Assembly: GCA_039811685.1 (NCBI GenBank)
Contig: JBDHZC010000007.1
Coordinates: 1-64,000, forward strand
DNA: 64,000 nucleotides
Direction of reading: 5' to 3'
Origin: Armatimonadota bacterium
GTDB lineage: Bacteria > Armatimonadota > UBA5829 > DSUL01
Shown here in pieces: positions 1 through 9,474 of the stretch. A program made the translations under genes and the position numbers. The notes under the pieces are model-generated. The model saw only the letters and a list, made by a program, of their open reading frames with translations. It searched no databases and was not told the origin of the DNA. How positions within the stretch are numbered: the stretch's first letter is position 1; every line of letters begins with the position of its first letter.

Positions 1-719
1 ACCTGAACAGGTGTATCCCCAGAGAAGCTGGTTGTCGAAATGGCGTTCGGAGAGGAAATGATGAAACCGGAAGGCTGCACTTCGACAGCGCCCTCTGCAC
101 TTGAGTACCCAGAGGCAGTAGCAGTCAAAGTGATATTCTGCCCAATCTCCAGACCCTCAACATAGATCGTCTTTGCGCCTGTATTCGACACACCTTCAAA
201 AGTTACGCTGGCGCTGCCAGGGTCATTAGCTGTCTTGGAGAGCTTCACTTTTGAAGGGTCCGAGCTGGTTACCAGAATATCAACAGGAGATGGCGGCGAT
301 ACCTGCAGAGCTACACTGGCCGCCGTCTGAAGGTCCTTTCCGACAACAACGCCCTGGGTGATGCTAACCTTCGGCCCCGTTACAGTCGCCTCAATGCTCT
401 GAGAGTTGGAAGGCGTGGTGAAGCCAGCAACAGGCTCAATAGACACTGTTGTCTGCCCAGGAGCTACCGGTTGGAAGGATACGGTTTGGCTGTAATCGCC
501 CGCCTGCATCATAACTGGAGAGCCGATAATCGTCCCGACGCCACTATCTGAGCTCACGACACTAACCTGTGCGCTCACGCCGGGGCGAAGGACCTGAGTC
601 GCCGCATACGTCAGCGTCGAAGGGTTCAGACGAACCGGCCGAACCTGAACAGGTGTATCCCCAGAGAAGCTGGTTGTCGAAATGGCGTTCGGAGAGGAAA
701 TGATGAAACCGGAAGGCTG
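1..719. repeat. Intragenic direct repeat, 77 bp identical (1-77 = 643-719), period 642 bp = 214 codons
   Basis: acctgaacaggtgtatccccagag...ccggaaggctg occurs at 1 and at 643; the first copy is cut by the window edge. Confidence 0.95.
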
Positions 720-1670
720 GAAGGTGACAGTAATTGTGGACCCTTGACAACCGGGCGCGGTGGCGATGAGGGCGCCGGCGCCACTATCCGTCAGCGCGTG
801 GATGTAGAAGGCTGGCACACTTGTTGATCCTGCATTCACCTGAACTGTGACTGACTCCCTTCCGGCCTCCGTGCCGGAGTTGGATACCAGAAGCTTGCTG
901 CTATCAGCAGAAGTTATGCGAACCTGTAGATTTCCGGCTGGCGCTGGGCTGACCAGATGTCCACTCAGCGGCGCGATCATGTCTTTTCCGATCGCTGGAT
1001 TCGAGCCGAAGTTGATGGGCGTGCGCGGGGCAAGGTCTTCGATCGTGTAGTGCGCGTCGGAGATGGTGACGGGGACAGCGGCCGGATTCAGAACGCCTCT
1101 GGCGACGACGAAGTCTCCGTTGCAGACATCGTGTCCGGGCGCATTGACAGTCACTGGGTAGCTGCCGCCATCGTCCACGCTGAAGCTGTTCTCTGAGAGG
1201 ACATGCGCTTTCCCCCAGACCCGATAGAGATTTGTAGAAGTGGCGGGAGTATTACGTAAAATACTGTCGAGCGCAGCTTTGCTCTGGATGCCATACACAT
1301 GCGCCGTTAGGTAGCTTCTGGAGGCGTCCGAAGAAGAGTTTCCGGCCGCGTCACTGGCTACGACGTTGACCTGATGGCTCCCGATGACGCCGTCTGCAAT
1401 CACATCGCCTTCCCAGGCGCTGCCAGATGTGTTTGAAAGACTGACGCCGTTGGCTGTGACTGACGAGACACCGACATTGTCCGTCGCGCTCACTGTCACC
1501 CGGACGCTGTCGCCTTCTGCAACGAGCGTTGGCGCCACTGCGACAGAGGTAATCTGAGGAGACTCGGTGTCCTGAGCGGACACACCACTGGCAAAAACAC
1601 ACAACGCGCAAAGCGCAACCGCAAATCTTGAAACGAAGTTACCTATCCCAATCCTCCAAGCCTCAATCAC
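1..1670 (-). CDS. Large secreted/surface protein with Ig-like repeats (3' end runs off the window; absent from the ORF track)
   Basis: Manual translation is open from GTG at 1670 to the left edge. It shows a signal peptide (GNFVSRFAVALCALCVFASGVSA-Q), an Ig-like domain (DTESPQITSVAV...SATDNVGVSSV...VASDAAGN), an OB-like segment (LYRVWGK...VDDGG), then ~214-aa beta-rich repeats. Start codon uncertain. Confidence 0.85.
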   Translation of the reverse strand, partial: MIEAWRIGIGNFVSRFAVALCALCVFASGVSAQDTESPQITSVAVAPTLVAEGDSVRVTVSATDNVGVSSVTANGVSLSNTSGSAWEGDVIADGVIGSHQVNVVASDAAGNSSSDASRSYLTAHVYGIQSKAALDSILRNTPATSTNLYRVWGKAHVLSENSFSVDDGGSYPVTVNAPGHDVCNGDFVVARGVLNPAAVPVTISDAHYTIEDLAPRTPINFGSNPAIGKDMIAPLSGHLVSPAPAGNLQVRITSADSSKLLVSNSGTEAGRESVTVQVNAGSTSVPAFYIHALTDSGAGALIATAPGCQGSTITVTFQPSGFIISSPNAISTTSFSGDTPVQVRPVRLNPSTLTYAATQVLRPGVSAQVSVVSSDSGVGTIIGSPVMMQAGDYSQTVSFQPVAPGQTTVSIEPVAGFTTPSNSQSIEATVTGPKVSITQGVVVGKDLQTAASVALQVSPPSPVDILVTSSDPSKVKLSKTANDPGSASVTFEGVSNTGAKTIYVEGLEIGQNITLTATASGYSSAEGAVEVQPSGFIISSPNAISTTSFSGDTPVQ

Positions 1671-1902
1671 CGGCCAGCAGGGGGTAAGCTGTACGGACCC
1701 GTGTCGCCTCCAGAGGATCCCGGCATCCGGAGCTGGCTCTCAGCTTCCATATTTGGCACATACGATTGGAAAACTGCAATGTTCCCGGGAAAAGGGTTCT
1801 TCAAGCGCAGCCGTGAGTAAACTGAGCACAGAGAAGGTGAAGTGGAAGTGGACGTCTGGTCTTCACGAACAATGAAAGAGCCGCGGCGTGAGAGATGACC
1901 CC

Positions 1903-2442
1903 ATGAAAGAGGACAAACTGTGTCTGGTATCACCGGCGACGGAGTGGGAACAAGAATATCGCGCTATGGTAGCCGAGGCCACAACCAGCGATCCCAACTA
2001 CGCGCTAACTCCGGCCTCACTAGACTTCTCTTCGTTGCTGGAGAGCCTCGGGAAACAGGAGCGCGGCGAGGAGCTACCGCCTGGCTTTGTTCCGCAAAGC
2101 ACTTTCTGGCTTGTTCGAAGCGATGGAAGGCTCCTCGGAGAGTGTCGTTTGAGACACAGGCTGACAGAGGCGCTTCGGCGATTTGGCGGACACATTGGCT
2201 ACACAATCCGGCCTTCTGAACGGCAGAAAGGGTACGGCAAGCGCATCCTGGCGCTTGCTCTGGAGAAGGCTGGAGAGCGCGGGATTGAGAAAGTGCTTGT
2301 GACCTGCAACGAGGCCAACCTCGCATCCGCAAAGATAATTGAAGCCAACGGTGGCGTTCTGGAAGGGTATGATGAGTCCCTGCTGAGCGGGCGCAGGACC
2401 TGCCTGTACTGGATAGAGCTGTCCCGGCCGACGTCAGCGTAA
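1903..2442 (+). CDS. GNAT family N-acetyltransferase
   Basis: GGHIGYTIRPSERQKGYG acetyl-CoA loop and N.AS.KIIE.NGG motif. Confidence 0.9.
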   Translation: MKEDKLCLVSPATEWEQEYRAMVAEATTSDPNYALTPASLDFSSLLESLGKQERGEELPPGFVPQSTFWLVRSDGRLLGECRLRHRLTEALRRFGGHIGYTIRPSERQKGYGKRILALALEKAGERGIEKVLVTCNEANLASAKIIEANGGVLEGYDESLLSGRRTCLYWIELSRPTSA

Positions 2443-2471
2443 CGCAACTGAAAGGCGCAGGGGGGAATGCC

Positions 2472-4760
2472 TTATGACTGACCCGAATCGCCGCCAAGAA
2501 GCAGGCTGAGGAGGCGTAGGGCGCCAGCTTTGTCCAGCGGTGAGTTGTTGTTTCCACATTTAGGGGAGTGGATACAGGACGGGCAGCCGTTCTCACATGG
2601 ACACGAGAGCAACAGGTCCGTGGTGTCCGCCAACAGCTCCTTCAAGCGCGTGTAGCACTGGGTCGCTATACCGACCCCTCCGGGATGGGCGTCGTAAAGG
2701 AAAATTGTCGCAAGGCCTCCGGTGTCCAGATGATACTGATGCGAAATGCCGCCAACGTCCCATCGGTCGCAGGAAGCCAGCAGCGGAACAAGACTGATAG
2801 CGGCATGCTCGATAGCGTGAATTGAGCCCATCAACTCGTAGCCGTCATCCTGCTCCAAGCGGCGAACGAGTGAGTGCGGCAGCGTCCACCAGACTCCTTC
2901 GGTCTGGTACTTCAGCTCTGGCAAGTCCAGTGGATCGAACCCCGTGATGGCGTCTGTGAAAAGCTCAATGCGCCGATAGGCGACAACTCGATTGGAGACT
3001 TCTACGCGCCCAAGATAGCTTGTCGCCTGCCCCAGCGGATACGACTCATCCGTGCGCACGATCCTGAGATTGGTTTCGTCTGCTGTGCGCGTGTAATAGC
3101 CATACTCCCCTCGCTCCACCACCGCTTCCCGGGCAATGGTGTCCAGCTTCTTGACACGATAGGTCTCACCGGCGTGCAAATAGATTGCGCCTTCGTGCAC
3201 TTCTTCAAAAGCACGGGAGGCCTCTATCTGCCCGACTTCCGCGCCGTCTTCCGTGCTGATGCGGTACGTCTCGGTCGAAGAGGAGCGAATGTTCACTCGG
3301 CTGGCCGGGTACTCCTCCGGTAGCCAGTAGAACCGCCCATCCCGATAGCCCAGCATGTCCTCCGCCGCCATCTCCCACGCAAGCTGACTGGCATCTTCGC
3401 CAAATTCCGCAAGGTCTTCTGCTGGAAGAGGGAGCTCGTAGGCGGCGCAAGCGAGGTGATGGGAAAGAATGTAAGGATTTGAAGGGTTAATGAGGACGCA
3501 TTCCTGGCCTTTTCGAAAGAAGTACTCGGGATGATTCATAAGATACTGGTCGAGAGGATCCGACATTCCGACCATGAGGCTGATAGATTCGTCATCCCTG
3601 CGCCCCGCCCTCCCCGCCTGCTGCCAGGCGCTGGAAATGGTGCCTGGATAGCCTGTCAATACGGACGCGTCCAGATCGCCGATATCCACACCCAGCTCCA
3701 GCGCATCCGTCGCCACGACGCCGAGCAGCCGCCCGTCAAACAGTCGCGATTCAATGTCGCGGCGCTGGCTGGCTTTGTAACCCGCACGGTAGGACATGAT
3801 CCGGTCAACGAGCTCAGGACTGTGCGTACTCAGGTACTCGCGGGCATAGCGCAGGATCAACTCGGCGCTCTTGCGGGCTTTGGTGAAGGTGATATTGCGG
3901 ATGCCCTGCTCAACCAGATCAGAAAACAGATGCGTGGCTTCTGTGTGCGCGCTGCGCCGGACTCCGTCATTTCCGATCACAGGAGGGTTCCAGAAGACGA
4001 ACTTACGCGGACCGGAAGGCGCACCGTCATCGTCAATCACGGTGGCCTCCACTCCGCTGAGATTGCGGGCTAACTCCGAAGGGTTGGCGATTGTAGCGCT
4101 GCAGAAGATAAAGACCGGATCAGATCCATAGTGACGGCACAAACGGCGCAGGCGGCGCAGAACACAGCCGACGTTTGAGCCAAAGACTCCTCGATAGGTG
4201 TGAATCTCATCTATTACGACGTACTCGAGCCGACGCAGAAAGCGCGCCCACATCGTGTGACGCGGAAGAATTCCCCGGTGGAGCATATCAACATTGCTCA
4301 GAATGATTCGCGCTCGATTTCGTAGGTAGGCCCGGTCCTGTTGAGGGGTGTCGCCATCGTAAGTTCCACAGACGACGCGCGGCGGAAGGCCGAACATCCC
4401 AAGCTTTGAAAGCTGATCCTGCGCAAGAGCTTTCGTCGGGAACAGATATAGCGCCGTAGCGGAGTGGTTTTGCAGCATGCGCTCCAGTACCGGCAGGTTG
4501 TAGCACATTGTCTTACCGCTCGCCGTACCAGTCACAATAACCACACTCCTGCGTCGGCGTACAGCGTCAATGGCCAGAGCCTGGTGCGTGTACAGATGGT
4601 CCACCCCCATCTGCCCAAGGCGCTCTGCAAGAAAGTCATGCAGCGGCTTCTCTGGTTCGCGGCAGCGGGCGGACTTCGGCGGGATGTCCTGAACATGTAC
4701 AATCTGCCCCTTGTAATCGGGCTGCATGCGCAGGTTGTCAAGAAAGAGGAAAGGGTTCAT
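2472..4760 (-). CDS. DEAD/DEAH-box SF2 helicase with C-terminal DUF1998 (MrfA/SftH/Hrq1-like)
   Basis: TGTASGKT, DEIH, SAT and QQAGRAGR motifs; C-terminal CPCENGCPSC cluster. ATG 4760 chosen because it lies downstream of the predicted promoter. Confidence 0.92.
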   Translation of the reverse strand: MNPFLFLDNLRMQPDYKGQIVHVQDIPPKSARCREPEKPLHDFLAERLGQMGVDHLYTHQALAIDAVRRRRSVVIVTGTASGKTMCYNLPVLERMLQNHSATALYLFPTKALAQDQLSKLGMFGLPPRVVCGTYDGDTPQQDRAYLRNRARIILSNVDMLHRGILPRHTMWARFLRRLEYVVIDEIHTYRGVFGSNVGCVLRRLRRLCRHYGSDPVFIFCSATIANPSELARNLSGVEATVIDDDGAPSGPRKFVFWNPPVIGNDGVRRSAHTEATHLFSDLVEQGIRNITFTKARKSAELILRYAREYLSTHSPELVDRIMSYRAGYKASQRRDIESRLFDGRLLGVVATDALELGVDIGDLDASVLTGYPGTISSAWQQAGRAGRRDDESISLMVGMSDPLDQYLMNHPEYFFRKGQECVLINPSNPYILSHHLACAAYELPLPAEDLAEFGEDASQLAWEMAAEDMLGYRDGRFYWLPEEYPASRVNIRSSSTETYRISTEDGAEVGQIEASRAFEEVHEGAIYLHAGETYRVKKLDTIAREAVVERGEYGYYTRTADETNLRIVRTDESYPLGQATSYLGRVEVSNRVVAYRRIELFTDAITGFDPLDLPELKYQTEGVWWTLPHSLVRRLEQDDGYELMGSIHAIEHAAISLVPLLASCDRWDVGGISHQYHLDTGGLATIFLYDAHPGGVGIATQCYTRLKELLADTTDLLLSCPCENGCPSCIHSPKCGNNNSPLDKAGALRLLSLLLGGDSGQS

Positions 4761-4792
4761 AGCTGGTTGCGCTGTCGAAAGCGCTCCCAAGC

Positions 4793-4822
4793 ATTGTGAG
4801 GACGAACAGACGTTTGTGTCAA
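4793..4822 (-). promoter_or_regulatory. Sigma70-type promoter with a LexA (SOS/Cheo-type) box in the spacer
   Basis: Minus strand TTGACA (4817-4822), 18 bp, CACAAT (4793-4798); CGAAC-AGAC-GTTTG at 4803-4816. Confidence 0.75.
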
Positions 4823-4848
4823 GCGAGAAGCGCTCGCTTCAGAGTCTG

Positions 4849-5586
4849 CTACTTCTCAACCATCTTCACGAGACCGATGCTCAGGAAGTAGAGGCCAACC
4901 ATCGGGACAGCCATCATCATCATCGTCAAGGCGTCGTTTGACGGGGTGACTACAGCGGCAATGAAGGCAATGGCGACCGTCGCCTCCCGCCACAGACGCA
5001 GCATCATCCGCGAGTTGACAATTCCGACTGCGCCGAGAAACATCAGCAGGACGGGCATCTCAAACATAAGCCCGAACGCCAGATACATCTGCACTGTGAA
5101 AATGAGAGTGCGCCCGACCTCAGGCTGGAGCGTAGTCCCTGGCGGAATATACAGCGCAAACCAGGCGAACGCCCGCGGCATTCCGACATAGCACAGAAAC
5201 ACACCGAGCGCGAACAGCACTACACTCAAGGGACCAACAAACAGAACAGCCTTGCGCTCCTGTTTGTTGAGCGCGGGCAAAATGAAGAACCATAGCTCCG
5301 CGGTGACAAAGGGCGCCGCCAGAACCAGCCCGCCAACCACGCTCACCTGAACGGTCAGCGTGAATCCCTGTAGAAACGATGTCATCAGCATGCGCGTGTG
5401 GAGCTGATGCAGCACAACCATCGCGGGTTTCAGCAGGAAATCATAGAGCGGGTCAAAGTAGAAGAACGCAATGATGGCGCCAAGAGTAACGTAGAGCAGG
5501 CATCGCAGCAGGCGTGTGCGTAACTCGGCAAGATGCTCAAGAAGCTCGAGCTCCTTCTCTGAGTTCTTCCGTGCAGACTTTGCCAA
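4849..5586 (-). CDS. tatC: Twin-arginine translocase subunit TatC
   Basis: LLEHLAELRTRL, FILPAL...ER, FGLMFEMP and AAVVTP motifs; six hydrophobic segments. Confidence 0.95.
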   Translation of the reverse strand: MAKSARKNSEKELELLEHLAELRTRLLRCLLYVTLGAIIAFFYFDPLYDFLLKPAMVVLHQLHTRMLMTSFLQGFTLTVQVSVVGGLVLAAPFVTAELWFFILPALNKQERKAVLFVGPLSVVLFALGVFLCYVGMPRAFAWFALYIPPGTTLQPEVGRTLIFTVQMYLAFGLMFEMPVLLMFLGAVGIVNSRMMLRLWREATVAIAFIAAVVTPSNDALTMMMMAVPMVGLYFLSIGLVKMVEK

Positions 5587-5592
5587 AAGCGA

Positions 5593-7077
5593 TTAGCTCA
5601 GCAACCTGGCCGAAATAGAAACCCGCAGCTTGATCTTGATTCCTGCCTCCGCAGGCCCAGTAGATGATCGAGTTCTACCAAAAGCCCGGCCGAGAGCGCT
5701 CGAAAGGTCCTGCATGTACTCTTCGGGTTGCTCGTACGCTCCTGTATTGGGCTTTCCAGTGGCATTTGCCGAAGCTGCGCTCTGGTCCTGCGGGTTGGCA
5801 ATGCCAAGTCCCTGGAGCAACGAATCAAGCGAACCCGAATCCACCGTCATCTCCAGGTCAGCATTCAACTCGCGCCGGATAAGCACTCCGGAGCGGTACG
5901 CAAACCAATCAGAACCACTTCCACTGACAGACGCCGGAGCAGTTCCCTGGCTACCGCCAGCAGCGCCAAGGGAAGGGCCGCCAAGCCCTGAACCAAACAC
6001 CGGCGCAGGCCCAAAAGCGGACTCTTCGGTAGGCGTTTGACCCGTACTCTGGGCGGCAGCCGCCTGCGCATCCATCTGTTGGCGCGCACGCTCAAGAAGA
6101 CCGGCGACGCTGGCCTGCGCGGAGCCTTTGATGACCGTGTCTATCTTTGCAGTCTCCCTTCCACCTGCCCACTCCAGGCTGTCAAAAGTCAGCGTGGCAT
6201 CGACTTTGGCATCTCCCAGAGCTGGCATGGATACCTCAAGGGGCGCCGTCCACCGGTCACCCGCTCTGACAGGCGTGTGAGGCAGTGGCGTGCGGTAGTC
6301 CACTCCAAAGGTCGGGTCTGTATAGACTCCGGCAGTGCTGAACAAATCCCGTTCGCGCACCCGGCCAAAGGCGTCAACAAGCTCATAGAGCGATCCCGCT
6401 TCGAAACTTGGCAGCTTTCCCAGAGACTCGCCCAGCAGCTTGAAGCTGGTGTTTGACGGGTGATAGCGCATTACGGCCAGTCCTGGCGACTGCACATCCT
6501 CTACGCTCGCCAACCCGGTGTAGGAGACTGTCTGCAGCTCTCTGCCGCTGTCAACTTCTGCGCCTCCGACTTCGCGCAGTGTCACACCAACCCGGACTGC
6601 GTACTTGCGCGTCTGTCCCAGTGTGTAGGAGTACGTCAATGAGATTGGACTCTCGGCGGAGACGCTGGTTACTTTGTTCGCAAGCCGAACATTGACCATG
6701 GACTCACCAATGAGGTGTGATCCACCCGAGGATTCGACGACACGCGCTTTCAGCGTGTAGAGACCGTCAATGGGGCGTTTGGGTTGATCATTGGGCTGCC
6801 CAAGATTAACGGGATTGCGTGTGTCCCACACCCAGGTATAAGCCTTACGTCCACCAGAGATTGTCGAAGACACGCCGACCGCGCTCATAAAATGGTCATT
6901 CAGATAAAACGTTACATAAGCGCCGTCCGGCACGCCTCTTGCATCGATGGCGACGTTAACGCTCTCTCTGACGACAGAGCCATTCCTGGGCCACAGAAAG
7001 CTGACAGCGGCCTGCGCGCCAACACTGGAGCATAGCGCGACCGCTGCAACAAAAATGAATACGCGTGAAAACCTCAA
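5593..7077 (-). CDS. Secreted hypothetical protein with an N-terminal Ig-like domain
   Basis: Signal peptide ending AQA-A; WPRNGSVV...WVWDT...DGLYTLKARV Ig-like pattern; AAGGAG RBS; directly upstream of tatC. Confidence 0.8.
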   Translation of the reverse strand: MRFSRVFIFVAAVALCSSVGAQAAVSFLWPRNGSVVRESVNVAIDARGVPDGAYVTFYLNDHFMSAVGVSSTISGGRKAYTWVWDTRNPVNLGQPNDQPKRPIDGLYTLKARVVESSGGSHLIGESMVNVRLANKVTSVSAESPISLTYSYTLGQTRKYAVRVGVTLREVGGAEVDSGRELQTVSYTGLASVEDVQSPGLAVMRYHPSNTSFKLLGESLGKLPSFEAGSLYELVDAFGRVRERDLFSTAGVYTDPTFGVDYRTPLPHTPVRAGDRWTAPLEVSMPALGDAKVDATLTFDSLEWAGGRETAKIDTVIKGSAQASVAGLLERARQQMDAQAAAAQSTGQTPTEESAFGPAPVFGSGLGGPSLGAAGGSQGTAPASVSGSGSDWFAYRSGVLIRRELNADLEMTVDSGSLDSLLQGLGIANPQDQSAASANATGKPNTGAYEQPEEYMQDLSSALGRAFGRTRSSTGPAEAGIKIKLRVSISARLLS

Positions 7078-7237
7078 TGAAAGTCAGACTCCTTCGTGAG
7101 CGGCACGCCTGCGGCTATGGCCCACACCAATCCAGCCGAACACAATCACTAACGCCGACTCCGCAACAAACGCCGCATCCAGGCGTTTCTACTACTAGAT
7201 GAATACGCAACATTCGCCCGGGCCGGTTCATTATAGC

Positions 7238-7267
7238 TTGTCCGCGCAACGCCAAAGGGCTTACAAT
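7238..7267 (+). promoter_or_regulatory. Putative sigma70 promoter
   Basis: TTGTCC, 18 bp, TACAAT, about 50 bp before the ATG at 7317. Confidence 0.45.
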
Positions 7268-7316
7268 AGACTGTAGGCTGCCTTGCGAACGCGGCCATCA
7301 GCCTGGACTATCCGAT

Positions 7317-7952
7317 ATGTCTGTCTATACTCGAATGACAACCTGCGCCGATTGTGGAGAGCGGCTGCCGCTGCTAAGCTGGAAGTGCACGCGCTGCGCC
7401 ACGCCCACAAAGACGCCAGCAAGCTATACCACCCTCATCGCCGCAGGAGTCGTCCTGACACTGGCGACTATTCGCACGCTTGCTTTTACTCACAATCCCG
7501 GCATCTTCACCGCGGCAGGCTCCGATCTCAAAAACCGAGCCAGTACAACGCAGGTCATGCTTTCTTCCGAGCCCGTCCAGACTCCTCCTATCCCTCCGCC
7601 AGTCGCCAGCACAACGGAGTCGCCTGGCTTAGCACCGCCGCACAGCGCGATGTTTAGCGAGAGCCTGAGCCGGGTGGAAACACCCACCGTCATCGTCAGG
7701 AACAACAGTGACGATATTATGACGCTGACACTGCGTGATGAGTTCGGGCGAAACTATTCTACGCAGTGCGTTCGCGGACAGGATGGCATCCTGAGCGTTC
7801 CATCCGGTGACTATCGCGTTGAAGTGACCAGTAATGATCCCCGGGTTCTCCCCAACAGTGGCGACGCCACCTTCAGACGTTTTCGGAGGTATACGGCCAG
7901 CTTTGTTACAGTGCCTGAGTATCTGGCCGGCCCGATCCATCTCGGAGACTGA
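7317..7952 (+). CDS. Membrane-anchored hypothetical protein with N-terminal zinc ribbon
   Basis: CADC-x10-CTRC, one TM segment, Pro-rich linker, beta-rich C-terminal domain. Confidence 0.7.
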   Translation: MSVYTRMTTCADCGERLPLLSWKCTRCATPTKTPASYTTLIAAGVVLTLATIRTLAFTHNPGIFTAAGSDLKNRASTTQVMLSSEPVQTPPIPPPVASTTESPGLAPPHSAMFSESLSRVETPTVIVRNNSDDIMTLTLRDEFGRNYSTQCVRGQDGILSVPSGDYRVEVTSNDPRVLPNSGDATFRRFRRYTASFVTVPEYLAGPIHLGD

Positions 7953-7999
7953 AGACCGGCCAGACAAAACGTCCGGAGAGAATGTGTATCCGGGCCTGG

Positions 8000-9160
8000 C
8001 TAGCGGACGCCCATGAGAATCTCACCTACGATCTGATCGAGACGCTCATAGCGCAGGCCACGCTCAGACATCTCCTGCTTCGGATAGTCCGAGTTCTTGA
8101 TCTTCTCGGCTGTATCCCTGGAATAGCCGGACGCCACAGCGTTCCATGAATCGCACTTGATGTCGTTGGACTTGAGGATATCCTGCGCTTCAGCGTCCTG
8201 CTGGAACTGTCGGGATTTTTCACGAAGAATGAGATAGTTTCGCATACAGCCGCGCGCAAAATCCCACACACCCTCTTCATCCTCTGTGCGATAGGCGTGG
8301 GCATCAAACTCGAGACTGCCCTGGAAGTTGTGCGTTTCCAACATATGCACCAGCGAAAAGGCCCCGTTCAAGTCCTCACTGCCAAAGCGCAAATCCTGAT
8401 CATAACGAGCGTACTTCTGCCCGTTCAGATGGATAATGAAGAGCTTATCGGCATCCAGGCACTGTCCGACAACGTGCGCAACGTTAAGATTGGCCATCAA
8501 TTCATGCGCGACTTCTGGATTCACTCCCACCATCTCGGGATACTGAAGCGTAGCGATGAAACCGAGCATCGCGCCTGACGTGGAGAAGTAGATGTCTCCG
8601 CGCGGCTCGTTGGGCTTGGCTTCCAGGCTGAATTTTATGTTGTAACCCTGGTCTTTGACGTAGTTGCACAGGAAGTTTATGGCCTCGCGGGTGCGTTTTA
8701 CTGACTCAGCGTGATCCTTTGAGAAGTCAACTTCCGTACCTTCGCGACCTCCCCAGAAAACGAAGATTGGCGCCCCGAGCTCAGCGCCTACATCGATGGC
8801 GTTCATTACCTTTTGAATGGCGTAGCTGCGGACGCGGCCGTCGTTGGCTGTAAAAGCGCCGTCCTTGAAGACAGGGTCATAAAAAAGGTTGGTAGTGGCC
8901 ATCCCGACTGCAAGCCCGTTGTCCGCAAGAGCTTTCTTGAAGTCTGAGATGATGCGATCACGCTCTGAGGCGCTGGCGTCGATGGGAATCAGATCGTTAT
9001 CGTGCAAATTGACGCCCCAGGCGCCAATCTCAGCGAGCTTCTTGACGATATGTGTCGGAGACATAGTAGGCCGGGTGGCTTCCCCGAAGGGATCGCGCCC
9101 GCGGTTGGCGACGGTCCACAGACCAAAACTGAATTTGTCTTCTTTCCTGGGCTCGTACAT
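8000..9160 (-). CDS. xylA: Xylose isomerase (short, class I type)
   Basis: FSFGLWTV, HDNDL, FWGGREG, EAKPNEPRGDI, GVNPEVAHE, YDQDLRFG; one metal-ligand position is atypical (see findings). Confidence 0.85.
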   Translation of the reverse strand: MYEPRKEDKFSFGLWTVANRGRDPFGEATRPTMSPTHIVKKLAEIGAWGVNLHDNDLIPIDASASERDRIISDFKKALADNGLAVGMATTNLFYDPVFKDGAFTANDGRVRSYAIQKVMNAIDVGAELGAPIFVFWGGREGTEVDFSKDHAESVKRTREAINFLCNYVKDQGYNIKFSLEAKPNEPRGDIYFSTSGAMLGFIATLQYPEMVGVNPEVAHELMANLNVAHVVGQCLDADKLFIIHLNGQKYARYDQDLRFGSEDLNGAFSLVHMLETHNFQGSLEFDAHAYRTEDEEGVWDFARGCMRNYLILREKSRQFQQDAEAQDILKSNDIKCDSWNAVASGYSRDTAEKIKNSDYPKQEMSERGLRYERLDQIVGEILMGVR

Positions 9161-9355
9161 GGATGGATCCTTTGCTGGATGTTTTTAAGCGGCACGCAGG
9201 ACGGAGCGTCTGCGGCCCCCCGGCATTGTAGGAGAAAGCCCCCTGCGCGTCAACGTCCCGACCTCAGAAAACAGACTCAGAAGTGAGACTTGTGGCTCCG
9301 CGTGCGAGAGGACAAGAAGCATGCGGGAGATATCTCTTGCGAGCTCTTGGCAGAG

Positions 9356-9386
9356 AAATAAGAAAGGCCAGCCCGTAGGACTGGCC
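9356..9386 (-). terminator. Rho-independent terminator
   Basis: GGCCAGTCC-tac-GGGCTGGCC followed by TTTCTTATTT; the G-U pair forms only in the minus orientation. Confidence 0.8.
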
Positions 9387-9440
9387 ATCGACTTCGCTAT
9401 TCTCTTTTTGGAAGAAAGGAGGGTGGGAAGCTTTCTTCGA
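9356..9440 (-). ncRNA. Candidate small RNA with C-rich/anti-SD hairpin and intrinsic terminator
   Basis: Promoter directly upstream; 8-bp stem GAAGAAAG/CUUUCUUC with loop CUUCCCACCCUC; terminator at the 3' end. Confidence 0.6.
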
Positions 9441-9445
9441 TACTT

Positions 9446-9474
9446 ATGTTACCACTACACAGGACGAATCGCAA
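9446..9474 (-). promoter_or_regulatory. Putative sigma70 promoter with extended -10
   Basis: TTGCGA (9469-9474), 17 bp, TG-g-TAACAT (9446-9451). Confidence 0.6.
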
